Source of the DNA: Bryobacterales bacterium
GTDB taxonomy: Bacteria > Acidobacteriota > Terriglobia > Bryobacterales > UBA6623
Assembly (NCBI GenBank): GCA_022825595.1
Contig: JAJDWM010000743.1
Span: 1-35,115, forward strand
Direction: 5' to 3'
DNA length: 35,115 bases
This document shows, piece by piece, positions 8,881-18,024 of this stretch. Below the pieces are notes generated by a model. That model was not told the origin of the DNA and did not search any database. It saw only the letters and a list, made by a program, of their open reading frames with translations. The translations under genes and the position numbers were made by a program. How positions within the stretch are numbered: position 1 is the stretch's first letter; each line of letters opens with the position of its first letter.

Positions 8881-10215
8881 TCAGGCGACGGCCCTGGCCC
8901 TCTCGGGCGCGGCGGTCCCTGCCGCCCGCTCCCGCAGTTCTGGGATCTGCACTCGCGCGCGCACGCCGCCTCCCTGGCGGGGCTCCAGCACGAACTGGAA
9001 ATCCGTCCCGAACAGCACCGTCAGCCTCTCGCGGACGTTGCTGAGGCCGATGCCCTTGCGAAATACCGAAGGAAGATCGTCCACAGGTATGCCCACGCCG
9101 TCGTCCTCGACTTCGACCTGAAGCCGACCCCCGCGCAGCTCGGCACGCAGCACCACCGTGCCGCCTTCCAACTTCGGGCCGATGCCGTGCTTGATGCAGT
9201 TCTCCACGATAGGCTGCAGGATCATGCTCGGGATGCGTGCGGCTGCCGCCTTTTCGTCCACCTCTCTGCGAACTTGTAGCTTGGGCCCATGGCGGACTTG
9301 CTCTATCTGCAGGTAGTCGTCGATGAACGCCAGCTCCTCGCTCAGGGCCACGAAAGCGTCCTGCTTGCGAAGCAGGCGCCGCAGGATTGTGGACAGCCGG
9401 TACACTACGCTGCGCGCCTGATCGGGATCGGTGCGGATCAGGGCCGCCACCGAATTCAGTGTGTTGAACAGGAAGTGCGGGTTCATTTGACGCGTCAGGT
9501 TCATCAGGCGCGCCTCAACCAGCAAGCGCTGCTGGTTCTCGATCTTCCACTCGTTACGGGTGTTGTTCCAGACCTTGAGCGTCAGCCCCGCCCCGACCAA
9601 GGTCGCCAAGTAGCCCAGCAGCAGCGCCGCCAAGCCCGGCTCAGCTCCCTCGTGGAGGTCGAAGACCAGCCCGCGACGGGCGAGTTCGTAGCGAATGGCC
9701 TCCACCATCGCGCAAGCTAGGAGCAGCAAGCTGTTGAAGACGCCCTCCGAATTCGGGATGCGACCGCGTGTCCAGGCCAGCAGCGAAAAGAGGAAGAACG
9801 GCGAGAAGCGCCAGACATCCTCCGGATCCCTGGCCATCTTACGCAGCAGCCCGCCGAGAGCGCCGACTCCCACCAAGAGCGGCAGAGTCCCCCACTCGAA
9901 CGCGGGACCGGCGAACGCCGGAACTGAGATCAGCGCCCCGGCAACTGCGCCAGGAACGAAGCCGCCGACAAGCCCGGACACCAAGGCACCTTCCACGCCC
10001 ACCTCAGCTGCCCGGTAGCCGAGAGCCATGCGAACGAGCGGTCCGCTGGCGAACACCACGCCGAACAGCACCGCCAGCTCGAAGCGCTGCCAGATCGTGC
10101 GGCGCTCGCGCAGGAAGAGGCGCTTGGCGAAGTTGGGCCGCAGCGCGATGCTGGCCATAGACGCCAGAATCGCGACCTTCACGAGGAGGGTTACCAGCAG
10201 GTCGGTGTCGGCCAT
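8881..10215 (-). CDS. LytS/YehU-family membrane sensor histidine kinase
   Basis: Multi-TM N-terminus; QMNPHFLFNTLNSV H-box of the His_kinase (PF06580-type) family; LQPIVENCIKHG, VEDDGVG, GIGLSNVRERL. Confidence 0.93.
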   Translation of the reverse strand: MADTDLLVTLLVKVAILASMASIALRPNFAKRLFLRERRTIWQRFELAVLFGVVFASGPLVRMALGYRAAEVGVEGALVSGLVGGFVPGAVAGALISVPAFAGPAFEWGTLPLLVGVGALGGLLRKMARDPEDVWRFSPFFLFSLLAWTRGRIPNSEGVFNSLLLLACAMVEAIRYELARRGLVFDLHEGAEPGLAALLLGYLATLVGAGLTLKVWNNTRNEWKIENQQRLLVEARLMNLTRQMNPHFLFNTLNSVAALIRTDPDQARSVVYRLSTILRRLLRKQDAFVALSEELAFIDDYLQIEQVRHGPKLQVRREVDEKAAAARIPSMILQPIVENCIKHGIGPKLEGGTVVLRAELRGGRLQVEVEDDGVGIPVDDLPSVFRKGIGLSNVRERLTVLFGTDFQFVLEPRQGGGVRARVQIPELRERAAGTAAPERARAVA

Positions 10216-10260
10216 GCCTTGCGGGAGGGAGAGCGCCGGCCGGGACCCGGGGCGCCCGCC

Positions 10261-10267
10261 TATAATA
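10261..10267. promoter_or_regulatory. Candidate overlapping divergent -10 elements (TATAAT on +, TATTAT on -)
   Basis: Perfect TATAAT at 10261-10266 in the short, GC-rich spacer between the divergent kinase and ribA genes; the reverse strand reads TATTAT over 10262-10267. Confidence 0.55.
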
Positions 10268-10342
10268 AGGCTCCGCCAGCGCTTGTTGGAACCTCTCCGG
10301 CGCTGTCTCCCGGAGAGGACCGCGCAGAGCGCGGATGGGAAA

Positions 10343-10951
10343 TTGTCGGAATCGGTCCAGCTGGTAGCCGAAGCCAGCTTCCCGTGCCGCTACGGCGACT
10401 TCCGCATCTTCGGTTTCCGGGCCGTCGAGCGGGGCGGCGAGCGGGAGTTCGTCGTGCTCGCCAAGGGCGACCTCCGGTCCGCCAGCGCCCCTCTGCTCCG
10501 CATTCACTCGCGGTGCCTGACCGGCGATGTCTTCCGCAGCCTGCGCTGCGACTGCGGCCCGCAGCTTTCCCTGGCGCTGGCCAAGATTGAGCAGTCCGGC
10601 AGCGGCCTGCTGATCTACGACCCGCAGGAGGGACGGGGCATCGGGCTGCTAAACAAGCTGATGGCGTACCAGCTGCAGGATCAAGGGGCAGACACCGTCG
10701 AGGCGAACCAGCAGCTGGGCTTTGGGGCGGACGAGCGCAGTTACGGCTCCGCCGTGGCCATCCTGCGGCACTTCGGCATCTCCGCTGTCCGGATGCTCTC
10801 GAACAATCCAGCCAAGGTGGATGCCCTCGAGAGCGGGGGTATAGGAGTGGTTGAGCGCGTGCCCTGCGACCCGGAGGATACGGGTGAGGTGGCGCACTCC
10901 TACCTGCGCACGAAGCGCGACAAGCTCGGCCACCTGCTGGAGGAGCTGTGA
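10343..10951 (+). CDS. ribA: GTP cyclohydrolase II
   Basis: RIHSxCLTGDVFxSLRCDCG zinc motif, QEGRGIGL, AYQLQD.G.DTVEAN, SNNP.K, YLRTKRDKLGH. Start placed at in-frame TTG 10343; the longer ORF from 10028 overlaps the divergent kinase. Confidence 0.95.
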   Translation: MSESVQLVAEASFPCRYGDFRIFGFRAVERGGEREFVVLAKGDLRSASAPLLRIHSRCLTGDVFRSLRCDCGPQLSLALAKIEQSGSGLLIYDPQEGRGIGLLNKLMAYQLQDQGADTVEANQQLGFGADERSYGSAVAILRHFGISAVRMLSNNPAKVDALESGGIGVVERVPCDPEDTGEVAHSYLRTKRDKLGHLLEEL

Positions 10952-10967
10952 TCGGCGCGCGCGGCGC

Positions 10968-11792
10968 TCAGGCCGCCCCGGCGTCGCCCGCCGCCGCGAG
11001 TTCGCGGTAAGACACCAGTTCGATCCCCGCCTCAGAGACCGCCCGGCGCGCCCTCGACGAACACAGGGCTTTCAGTTCCACCTCGCGGCTCGCCTTGAGG
11101 CGAGTTTCGGCGGCGAGCAACTGGGGACCGCATATACCCGGATGGCAGACCAGTTCCCCTACGCCCTGCGGCAGCCTCCGCAGAAGCCGCGCCAGCCAGA
11201 TTGCGTCGAGTCGGCCTGTGGCGACGAACCCGGCGAAGTAGTCTGCCGTACGGCATCCGGCCTTCCGCAGCCGGTCCTCGAAGGGAATCCGCCATGGCCG
11301 CAGCGCCATGGCGAGGCAGGCGCGCAGGCCGGGCGACAGCCCGAACGGCGCGTCGAACGGCTTGCGGATCCAGCCCACTCCGAGCCGCTGGGCGACCGCG
11401 AGCGCAGCGTCGAGCACGCTGGGAACAAGGTGAACGTGCTTGTGCGTGTCCAGGTGAAACGGGACAATGCCGCTGCGCGTGATCCGGTCGGCCTGGGCCT
11501 GGAACTCGCGCCGCGCCTCGGCGAACGTCGGAGGGCTGGCGAGCAGGGACCGAAGGCTTGAGGGGAGGCGGATCCCGGGCTGCGACAGGGACTCGCCCTG
11601 CACGAGCGTCAGATGGCAGCCCACCCCGAGCCCCGGGTGCCTGCGGGCTATGCGGACCGCGTCCTCGAACGCGGCACCGTTGGCCATAAGCGAAGCCGAC
11701 CGGACGATGCCGTCAAGGTGGCTGCGGAGGATTCCCTCGTTGACGTCCTCGGTGAAGCCGAAATCGTCCGCGTTGACTACCAAGCGGCGCAC
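10968..11792 (-). CDS. YdjC/ChbG/HpnK family carbohydrate deacetylase
   Basis: VNADDFG, GVGCHLTL, HLDTHKHVH, ELVCHPG, REVELKAL. GTG start with GGGAG upstream. Confidence 0.92.
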   Translation of the reverse strand: MRRLVVNADDFGFTEDVNEGILRSHLDGIVRSASLMANGAAFEDAVRIARRHPGLGVGCHLTLVQGESLSQPGIRLPSSLRSLLASPPTFAEARREFQAQADRITRSGIVPFHLDTHKHVHLVPSVLDAALAVAQRLGVGWIRKPFDAPFGLSPGLRACLAMALRPWRIPFEDRLRKAGCRTADYFAGFVATGRLDAIWLARLLRRLPQGVGELVCHPGICGPQLLAAETRLKASREVELKALCSSRARRAVSEAGIELVSYRELAAAGDAGAA

Positions 11793-11808
11793 CGCTCAGC
11801 CGACTCCC

Positions 11809-11844
11809 AAAAAAATAAGCGGCGGGGCCGTCGCCCCGCCGCTT
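11809..11844 (-). terminator. Intrinsic (rho-independent) terminator
   Basis: 12-bp perfect stem aagcggcggggc / gccccgccgctt with a 4-nt loop, followed on the minus strand by A and a U7 tract. Confidence 0.85.
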
Positions 11845-11904
11845 CGTGCAACCACAGGTTCACAAGGAGAAGGAGTTCGAACCGTAGTTTCTGTCAGCAC
11901 TACC
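11809..11904 (-). ncRNA. Candidate ~95-nt structured RNA (sRNA or leader) with anti-SD loop
   Basis: Minus strand shows hairpin GUAGU..ACUAC, hairpin GGUUC..GAACC enclosing CUCCUUCUCCUU, then the terminator. No credible ORF here. Not matched to a named family. Confidence 0.45.
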
Positions 11905-12017
11905 TAAGACGATTGAGCGGGCCGATCTTATGGCAGGATCTGAAACAATTTCCGCACTATTTCTGACCACAGCCCGCACGAGAGCACTGAACTGGGGGCC
12001 AAACCGCCCAAGAGGCC

Positions 12018-13706
12018 TCAGAATCGGTCCGCGAAGACCCCGTAGCTGAACAGTAGGCCGAGCAGGCCCGCAGCGACGACGTAGTAGAGCATGGGGTAGA
12101 TCGTGCGCCGGATCAGCAGACCCTCGCGGCCCACCAGCCCCACCGTGGCGCTGGCGGCCACAACATTGTGGACCGTGATCATGTTGCCGGCCGCGCCGCC
12201 CAAGGCCTGCAGCCCGAGCACGACCAGGTGAGAGACGCCGATCCGGTCCGCGACGCCGTACTGGAAGTGGCTGAACATCAGGTCGCTGACCGTGTTGGAT
12301 CCGGCGACGAAGGCGCCCAGTGCGCCGATCATGGCGGCGAAGAAGGGCCAAGCCTGGCCCGCCACAGCAGCCGCGAACTCGGCGAGCTCAAGCGGCATGC
12401 TCTGCAGCCCCCAGAGGTTCGCGTCCGAGTCGATGAACACGCGCACGAGAGCAACCGCGAAGAGCAGTGCGAAGGCCGGCCCGGCCAGCATGCGCGCGGA
12501 GGCCGACCATGCGCTGCGCACCTGCCGCCCCGACATGCCGTGCAGCAACGCGGTCACCAGACACACGACGAGGAAGATGGTGCCTGGCAGGTAGAGGGGC
12601 TGGATCCCTTGGCTCATGCCCGTTCCCAGGATGTCGGTCCAAGTGAGTTGGATTCCGCTGAGCCAGGCCTTGAACGGCAGCGCTGGCAGCCGCGTGATCA
12701 CAAGCAGCGCCGCCACTAGCACGTATGGCATCCAAGCGCGGGCCAGCGACATCCGGACCCCTTGAGCGACCGGGGCGCCGCTGAACGTGCCCATCCAGCT
12801 CGTGTGCCAGCTCTCGCGGGCCGGAAAGTCCCACGGTTGGACGTCGGAGAGCAGAAAGCCCTTGCGGGCGGCCTGGACGACGATGGCCAGACCGAGCAGG
12901 GCCCCCAACAGCGTCGGGAATTCGGGGCCCAGATAGATTGCCACGGTCAGATAGGGGACCGTGAACGCCAGCCCGGAGAAAATCGCGAACTTCCAGATCC
13001 CGAGACCCTCCTTGAAGGACCGCGAAGCTCCGAAGAACCGCGTGAGCATGCCGCAGATGATCAGCGGGATCAGCGTTCCGACGATCGCGTGCGGTATCGC
13101 CGCGAAGACGCCGATCTGGTAGATGAAGTCTGCGTACGGCAGGCCGATGCCCTCGAGAGCGGACTCGACGTCCGGCACGTTCAGCGATTCAGCCATCCCG
13201 ACCAGGATGGGAGTGCCGACGGCCCCGAAGGTGACCGGTGTGCTCTGGATGATCAGCGTGCACATGACCGCGGCGAGAGCCGGGAACCCGAGCGCCAGGA
13301 GCAGGGGCCCGGCGACCGCAGCCGGCGTGCCGAAGCCAGAGGCGCCTTCGATGAAGGCGCCGAACATCCACGCGACGATGATCAGCTGTACGCGGCGGTC
13401 TTGCGAGACATCCATGAACCCGGCGCGGATGGCAGCCGCAGCGCCGCTCTCGGACAGCGTCTGCAGGAGCAGGATCGCACCGAAGATGATCCACAGCAGC
13501 GAGACGGCGATGATCACGCCGCGGATGGAGGCCGCGGCGACGTGGACGGCGCTGACGTCCCACAGCCACAGGGCCGACGCAGCTGTCATCACATAGGCGA
13601 CGGGCATCGCCCTGGTCGCAGGCCAGCGCAGCACCACAAGGAAGAACATCACCGCCAAGATTGGCGCTAGGGCGATTGCGGCGTGCAGTGCGGAAGCTTC
13701 CGGCAT
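12018..13706 (-). CDS. lctP: L-lactate/glycolate permease (LctP family)
   Basis: Highly hydrophobic 562 aa; [43 protein letters not shown]. Confidence 0.92.
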   Translation of the reverse strand: MPEASALHAAIALAPILAVMFFLVVLRWPATRAMPVAYVMTAASALWLWDVSAVHVAAASIRGVIIAVSLLWIIFGAILLLQTLSESGAAAAIRAGFMDVSQDRRVQLIIVAWMFGAFIEGASGFGTPAAVAGPLLLALGFPALAAVMCTLIIQSTPVTFGAVGTPILVGMAESLNVPDVESALEGIGLPYADFIYQIGVFAAIPHAIVGTLIPLIICGMLTRFFGASRSFKEGLGIWKFAIFSGLAFTVPYLTVAIYLGPEFPTLLGALLGLAIVVQAARKGFLLSDVQPWDFPARESWHTSWMGTFSGAPVAQGVRMSLARAWMPYVLVAALLVITRLPALPFKAWLSGIQLTWTDILGTGMSQGIQPLYLPGTIFLVVCLVTALLHGMSGRQVRSAWSASARMLAGPAFALLFAVALVRVFIDSDANLWGLQSMPLELAEFAAAVAGQAWPFFAAMIGALGAFVAGSNTVSDLMFSHFQYGVADRIGVSHLVVLGLQALGGAAGNMITVHNVVAASATVGLVGREGLLIRRTIYPMLYYVVAAGLLGLLFSYGVFADRF

Positions 13707-13823
13707 ATGAGCATCAAGCCTACCCGCGGGTCGCGCGGCATGTCAAGAACTGCGCTGGGGCGAGAGGGCTGTGGCCGACGCAGCGATTGCGCGGGCGCGC
13801 AGGAATGGGCCAAGGTAGAGGGC

Positions 13824-16541
13824 GTGAGGGGAATCGGGTCCTGGTCAGCCGGACTGCTCGCAGCGGCCGCGCTTGCCGCCCCGCAACCATTGCGGGCGGA
13901 CGCGGGGGAGGACTTCTTCGAGCGCCGAATCCGGCCGCTCCTTGCCGAGCAGTGCGCACAGTGCCACAACGAGCAGCTGCTGTCTGCCGGCATCGACATG
14001 CGCCGGCCGGAGACGCTGATCGGCACAGCCGTGATCGCAGGCGACGAGTCCAGCCCCTTGATCCGGGCCGTGCGTTACGAGAGCGCCGTAAAGATGCCGC
14101 CCACCGGCAGGCTGCCCCAAGAGAAGATTCGGCTATTGGTCGATTGGGTGCGCATGGGCGCGCCTTGGCCGGGACACGAGACCGCCGACGGAGAGGACGA
14201 CGGACTCCCAGAGGAGACCGTGCACAGCGACCACTGGGCATTCCAGCCCTTGCGGGATCCGGAACCGCCCGACATCGGCAGTTCCCGGTGGCCGCGCAAC
14301 GGCATTGACCGCTTCGTGCTGGCCCGCCTTCGATCGGCCGGCCTGGATCCCGCGCCGGCAGCGGCACCGCTGACCCTCCTGCGGCGCGCAAGGTACGGCC
14401 TGACAGGCCTGCCGCCCCTCCCGGGCGAGGTCGAGCGCTTCGGGGAGCCGGGCGCTCCGCCAAGCTTCGGGCAGCTCGTCGACGCGCTCCTCGCAACGCC
14501 CCAGTACGGAGAGCGATGGGCCCGCCACTGGCTCGACGTGGCGCGCTTCGCAGACTCCACTGGAGTGGACGAGGACCATCCGTTCGGCAACTCTTGGCGC
14601 TACCGCGACTATGTCGTGCAGGCCTTCAGCGAGGATCTGCCGTTTGACCAGTTCATCCGCGAGCAGGTCGCGGGCGACCTGCTCCCGCCCGCCGCTGGAG
14701 AGCCCGTCAATGCGCGCGGGATCGTGGCGACAGGGTTCCTCGCGGTGGGCCCCATGGCCTTGGCCCAGCGCGACCCCGTGCAGAAGCGCTACGACGTTGT
14801 CGACGAGCAGATCGACACCCTGACGAAGGCCTTTCTGAGCCTGACAGTGGCGTGCGCTCGCTGCCACGACCACAAGTTCGACCCGATCCTGACCTCGGAC
14901 TACTACGCCCTGGCCGGGATCTTTGCCAGCACGCGCACATTCGAGGACTGGCGCAGGAACGGTTCGCGCTACCTCAAAGAGCCCCTGGTCGAAGCAGGGG
15001 AGTACGAGGCCTACAGGCAGCACGCCTCGAAGGTGGACCGGTTGCAGCGCGTGCTGCGCATGGCCCGCCAAGCGGCCGTGATGCGGTATCTGCTCAACGG
15101 TCCGGGCATGCGCATCGCTGAGATGATGCTGGCCGCGGCCCAACCCCTACGGCCGTTCGGACCAGACGCGAAGACCGTCGCATGGCTGCGGACCTACCTC
15201 ACGCCCCGGCCTGTGCCCCGCCCTCACTTGGCGGTCTGGAGAGAGGTCGGCGCTGACCGTGCGCGGGCCGCCGAGCAGTACCAATCAGACCTGCTCGAAA
15301 TCCTGGAAGGGCGAGCCGCGGCAATTGGTAGCTGGGTCGGCAGGGCCTCTGCGGCGCTCGACGCGAGCGATGGAGCGGATCTCCCGGAACTGCCGGTCGA
15401 ACTGCCGACATCTCTGCTGTTCCGCGACCTTGCCGAAGAGGGAGGTCCGCTGTCTGCGGACTTCGAAGATGCACGGCTGCGGCTGGCCCCACCCGATCTC
15501 GCCCTCGCAGAGGGCCTTGAGGCGCGCCTGGCGAGACTGCGCGAGGGGGCGCCCGCAGAGCCGCCCATGGCCAATAGCGTCGCCGATGGCGACGTCGTCC
15601 GGCAGCGAATCTTCCGGCGAGGGCAGCACCGGAGCCCTGCGGCTGCCGTCGAGAGGCGATTCCCCCTCGTGCTGGCCGGAAACGGCCAACCGGAGATCCG
15701 AGAGGGCAGCGGGCGCCGGGAACTGGCCGACTGGATCGCGTCCAAGAGCAACCCTCTCACCGCCCGGGTAATCGTGAACCGCGTTTGGCAGTGGCACTTC
15801 GGCGAGGGCATCGTGCGCACGCCGAACAACTTCGGCACTCGCGGCGAGGAGCCGACCCATCCCCTCCTGCTCGACTGGCTGGCAAGCCGGTTTGTGGCGA
15901 GCGGCTGGTCGATAAAGGCGCTCCAGCGCCTGATCCTCGAATCGGCCACCTACCGGATGGGCAGCGGAGTCTCGGACCATGCACACCGGGTGGACCCCGA
16001 CAACGCGCTGCTGTCGCGCTTCCCCCGCCGAAGAATGTCCATCGAGGAACTGCGGGACAGCTACCTGCACGTCAGCGCACGGCTCGACTCGGCGGTGGGC
16101 GGGGACACCGACCTGGGTTCGGGCAGCCTGCCCGAATTCGAGCGCAACAACCGTCGCATCGATCCGGACACGCACCGGCGGCGCACGCTGTACCTACCGC
16201 TCATGCGCAACAAGCTACCGGCCCTGCTGCGGCTGTTCGACTTCGGCGATGCGACCACCTCTGTCGGAACGCGGTCCTCGACGAACGTCGCGCCGCAAGC
16301 CCTGTACCTGCTGAACAGCGGCTTCGCGGCCGCATCGGCCGCTGGGGTCGCGGGACGGCTGGCCGGCCCGTCCCGGGACAGGGCGGAGATGGCGTACCGA
16401 CTGATCCTCGGTCGGCCCCCGTCGCGAGAGGAGACGTCGCGGGCGGAGCGCTACGTGCGTTCGCGCGGCGGCGGCGAGCAGGGATGGAGCAGCCTGTGCA
16501 AGCTGCTCCTCGCATCGAACGAGTTCCACCACATCGAATGA
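13824..16541 (+). CDS. Planctomycete cytochrome c (PSCyt1) + DUF1549 + DUF1553 domain protein
   Basis: Signal peptide; DFFERRIRPLL..CAQCH; HWAFQP; YGERWARHWLD.ARFADS; CARCHDHKFDP; NPLTARV.VNRVWQ.HFG.G; P.HP.LLDWLA; PQALYLLN. Start uncertain (GTG 13824 chosen). Confidence 0.92.
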   Translation: MRGIGSWSAGLLAAAALAAPQPLRADAGEDFFERRIRPLLAEQCAQCHNEQLLSAGIDMRRPETLIGTAVIAGDESSPLIRAVRYESAVKMPPTGRLPQEKIRLLVDWVRMGAPWPGHETADGEDDGLPEETVHSDHWAFQPLRDPEPPDIGSSRWPRNGIDRFVLARLRSAGLDPAPAAAPLTLLRRARYGLTGLPPLPGEVERFGEPGAPPSFGQLVDALLATPQYGERWARHWLDVARFADSTGVDEDHPFGNSWRYRDYVVQAFSEDLPFDQFIREQVAGDLLPPAAGEPVNARGIVATGFLAVGPMALAQRDPVQKRYDVVDEQIDTLTKAFLSLTVACARCHDHKFDPILTSDYYALAGIFASTRTFEDWRRNGSRYLKEPLVEAGEYEAYRQHASKVDRLQRVLRMARQAAVMRYLLNGPGMRIAEMMLAAAQPLRPFGPDAKTVAWLRTYLTPRPVPRPHLAVWREVGADRARAAEQYQSDLLEILEGRAAAIGSWVGRASAALDASDGADLPELPVELPTSLLFRDLAEEGGPLSADFEDARLRLAPPDLALAEGLEARLARLREGAPAEPPMANSVADGDVVRQRIFRRGQHRSPAAAVERRFPLVLAGNGQPEIREGSGRRELADWIASKSNPLTARVIVNRVWQWHFGEGIVRTPNNFGTRGEEPTHPLLLDWLASRFVASGWSIKALQRLILESATYRMGSGVSDHAHRVDPDNALLSRFPRRRMSIEELRDSYLHVSARLDSAVGGDTDLGSGSLPEFERNNRRIDPDTHRRRTLYLPLMRNKLPALLRLFDFGDATTSVGTRSSTNVAPQALYLLNSGFAAASAAGVAGRLAGPSRDRAEMAYRLILGRPPSREETSRAERYVRSRGGGEQGWSSLCKLLLASNEFHHIE

Positions 16542-16572
16542 GGCAAACCTCCGAACCGCCCGGTGTTAGGGT

Positions 16573-18015
16573 GTGGCTGTGATGGGGCCTGCCTTGCCAG
16601 TCCTCTCAAGGCGCGCGATGCTCCGCCGCACGGCCTTGGGGTTCGGCTCGCTAGGGCTCGCTGCGCTGCTGCACGAGAGCGCCCAAGCCGACGCGGCCAG
16701 CGGCGAGGGCCCCTTGGCCGTCCGCACGCCGCACTTTCCGGCGCGGGCCAAGCGCGCCATCTTCCTGTTCATGCACGGAGGCGTCTCGCACGTAGACACG
16801 TTCGACCCGAAGCCGCTGTTGGAGCGCGACCGCGGCAAGCCGCTGCCCATCAAGCGCGGGCTGACCTTCAATCCGGGCCAGGCGGGGGGCCTGATGCCCT
16901 CGCCGTGGAGATTCGAGCCGCGCGGCCAGAGCGGGACTCCCGTCAGCGAACTGTTCCCGGAGATCGCGCGCTGCGCCGACGACCTGTGCGTGATTCGCTC
17001 CATGGTCGGGGAAGGCGTCGACCACGGAGCCGCGATGCTGCAGCTGTTCACCGGGACGTTCTCGTTCTCGCGACCGAGCCTCGGGGCATGGACACTCTAC
17101 GGACTGGGCACGGAGAACCAGAACCTCCCCGGCTTCGTGACCATCAAGCCCACGCAGTGGCAGGGCGGCGACAAGCTCTTCGCGGCGAGCTTCCTCCCCG
17201 GCGTCTACCAAGGCACTCCGATCGGCTCGTCGCCGATGGCCGTCGACGACATCATCGAGAGTCCCGTGAAACACGTCCTGCCGCGGGGGGACAGCCCGCG
17301 CGGCCAGCGCCTCGAGCTCGAATTCCTGCGCGAGATGAACCGGCGGCACGCCGAGGACCGCAGGCTGGATCCGCGGCTGGAGGCCCGGATCCAAGCCTTC
17401 GAGCTGGCCTTCCGCATGCAGGCCGAGGCGCCTGAAGCCTTCGACATCTCGGGCGAGACCGAGGCTACCCGCAGGCTCTACGGACTCGACGAGGAAGTCA
17501 CGCGCGACTTCGGATGGCAGTGCCTGCTGGCCCGCAGGCTGAGCGAGCGCGGCGTGCGCATGGTCCAGGCTACCCATTCCGGCGTGGAGGAGAAGTGGGA
17601 CCACCACGGCGACATCCTGCGTCTGCACCCGATCCGCGCGCGTGAGGTGGACAGGCCGATCGCGGGCCTCATCAGGGACCTGAAGGGCCGCGGCCTGCTT
17701 GAGGAGACGCTGGTGGTGTGGGGCACGGAGTTCGGTCGCACGCCCTTCTCCGAAGGATCGGACGGGCGCGACCACAACCCCTACGGGTTCTCGGTCTTCA
17801 TGGCCGGAGGGGGCGTCAAGGCCGGCAGCGTGTACGGGGCCACGGACGAGTTCGGCTACCACGCTGTCGAGGACCGCATGCACATCCACGACCTGCACGC
17901 GACCGTGCTGCACCTGATGGGCCTGGACCACGAGCGGCTGACCTACCGCCACAGCGGCCGGGAGTTCCGCCTGACGGACGTGGCAGGCCGCGTGGCCCGC
18001 AAAGTCCTGGCCTGA
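16573..18015 (+). CDS. DUF1501 domain protein with Tat signal
   Basis: LSRRAML Tat motif; AKRAIFLFMHGGVSHVDTFDPKP; CLLARRL.ERGVR; WD.H; WGTEFGRTP; GRDHNP; HIHDLHAT. Standard partner of the upstream DUF1549/1553 gene. Confidence 0.93.
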   Translation: MAVMGPALPVLSRRAMLRRTALGFGSLGLAALLHESAQADAASGEGPLAVRTPHFPARAKRAIFLFMHGGVSHVDTFDPKPLLERDRGKPLPIKRGLTFNPGQAGGLMPSPWRFEPRGQSGTPVSELFPEIARCADDLCVIRSMVGEGVDHGAAMLQLFTGTFSFSRPSLGAWTLYGLGTENQNLPGFVTIKPTQWQGGDKLFAASFLPGVYQGTPIGSSPMAVDDIIESPVKHVLPRGDSPRGQRLELEFLREMNRRHAEDRRLDPRLEARIQAFELAFRMQAEAPEAFDISGETEATRRLYGLDEEVTRDFGWQCLLARRLSERGVRMVQATHSGVEEKWDHHGDILRLHPIRAREVDRPIAGLIRDLKGRGLLEETLVVWGTEFGRTPFSEGSDGRDHNPYGFSVFMAGGGVKAGSVYGATDEFGYHAVEDRMHIHDLHATVLHLMGLDHERLTYRHSGREFRLTDVAGRVARKVLA

Positions 18016-18024
18016 CCCGCCCCC

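Noticed and set aside
10028-10342. N-terminal extension of ribA in the ORF track
   Set aside because: Overlaps the divergent kinase and the TATAAT element and has no domain-like content.
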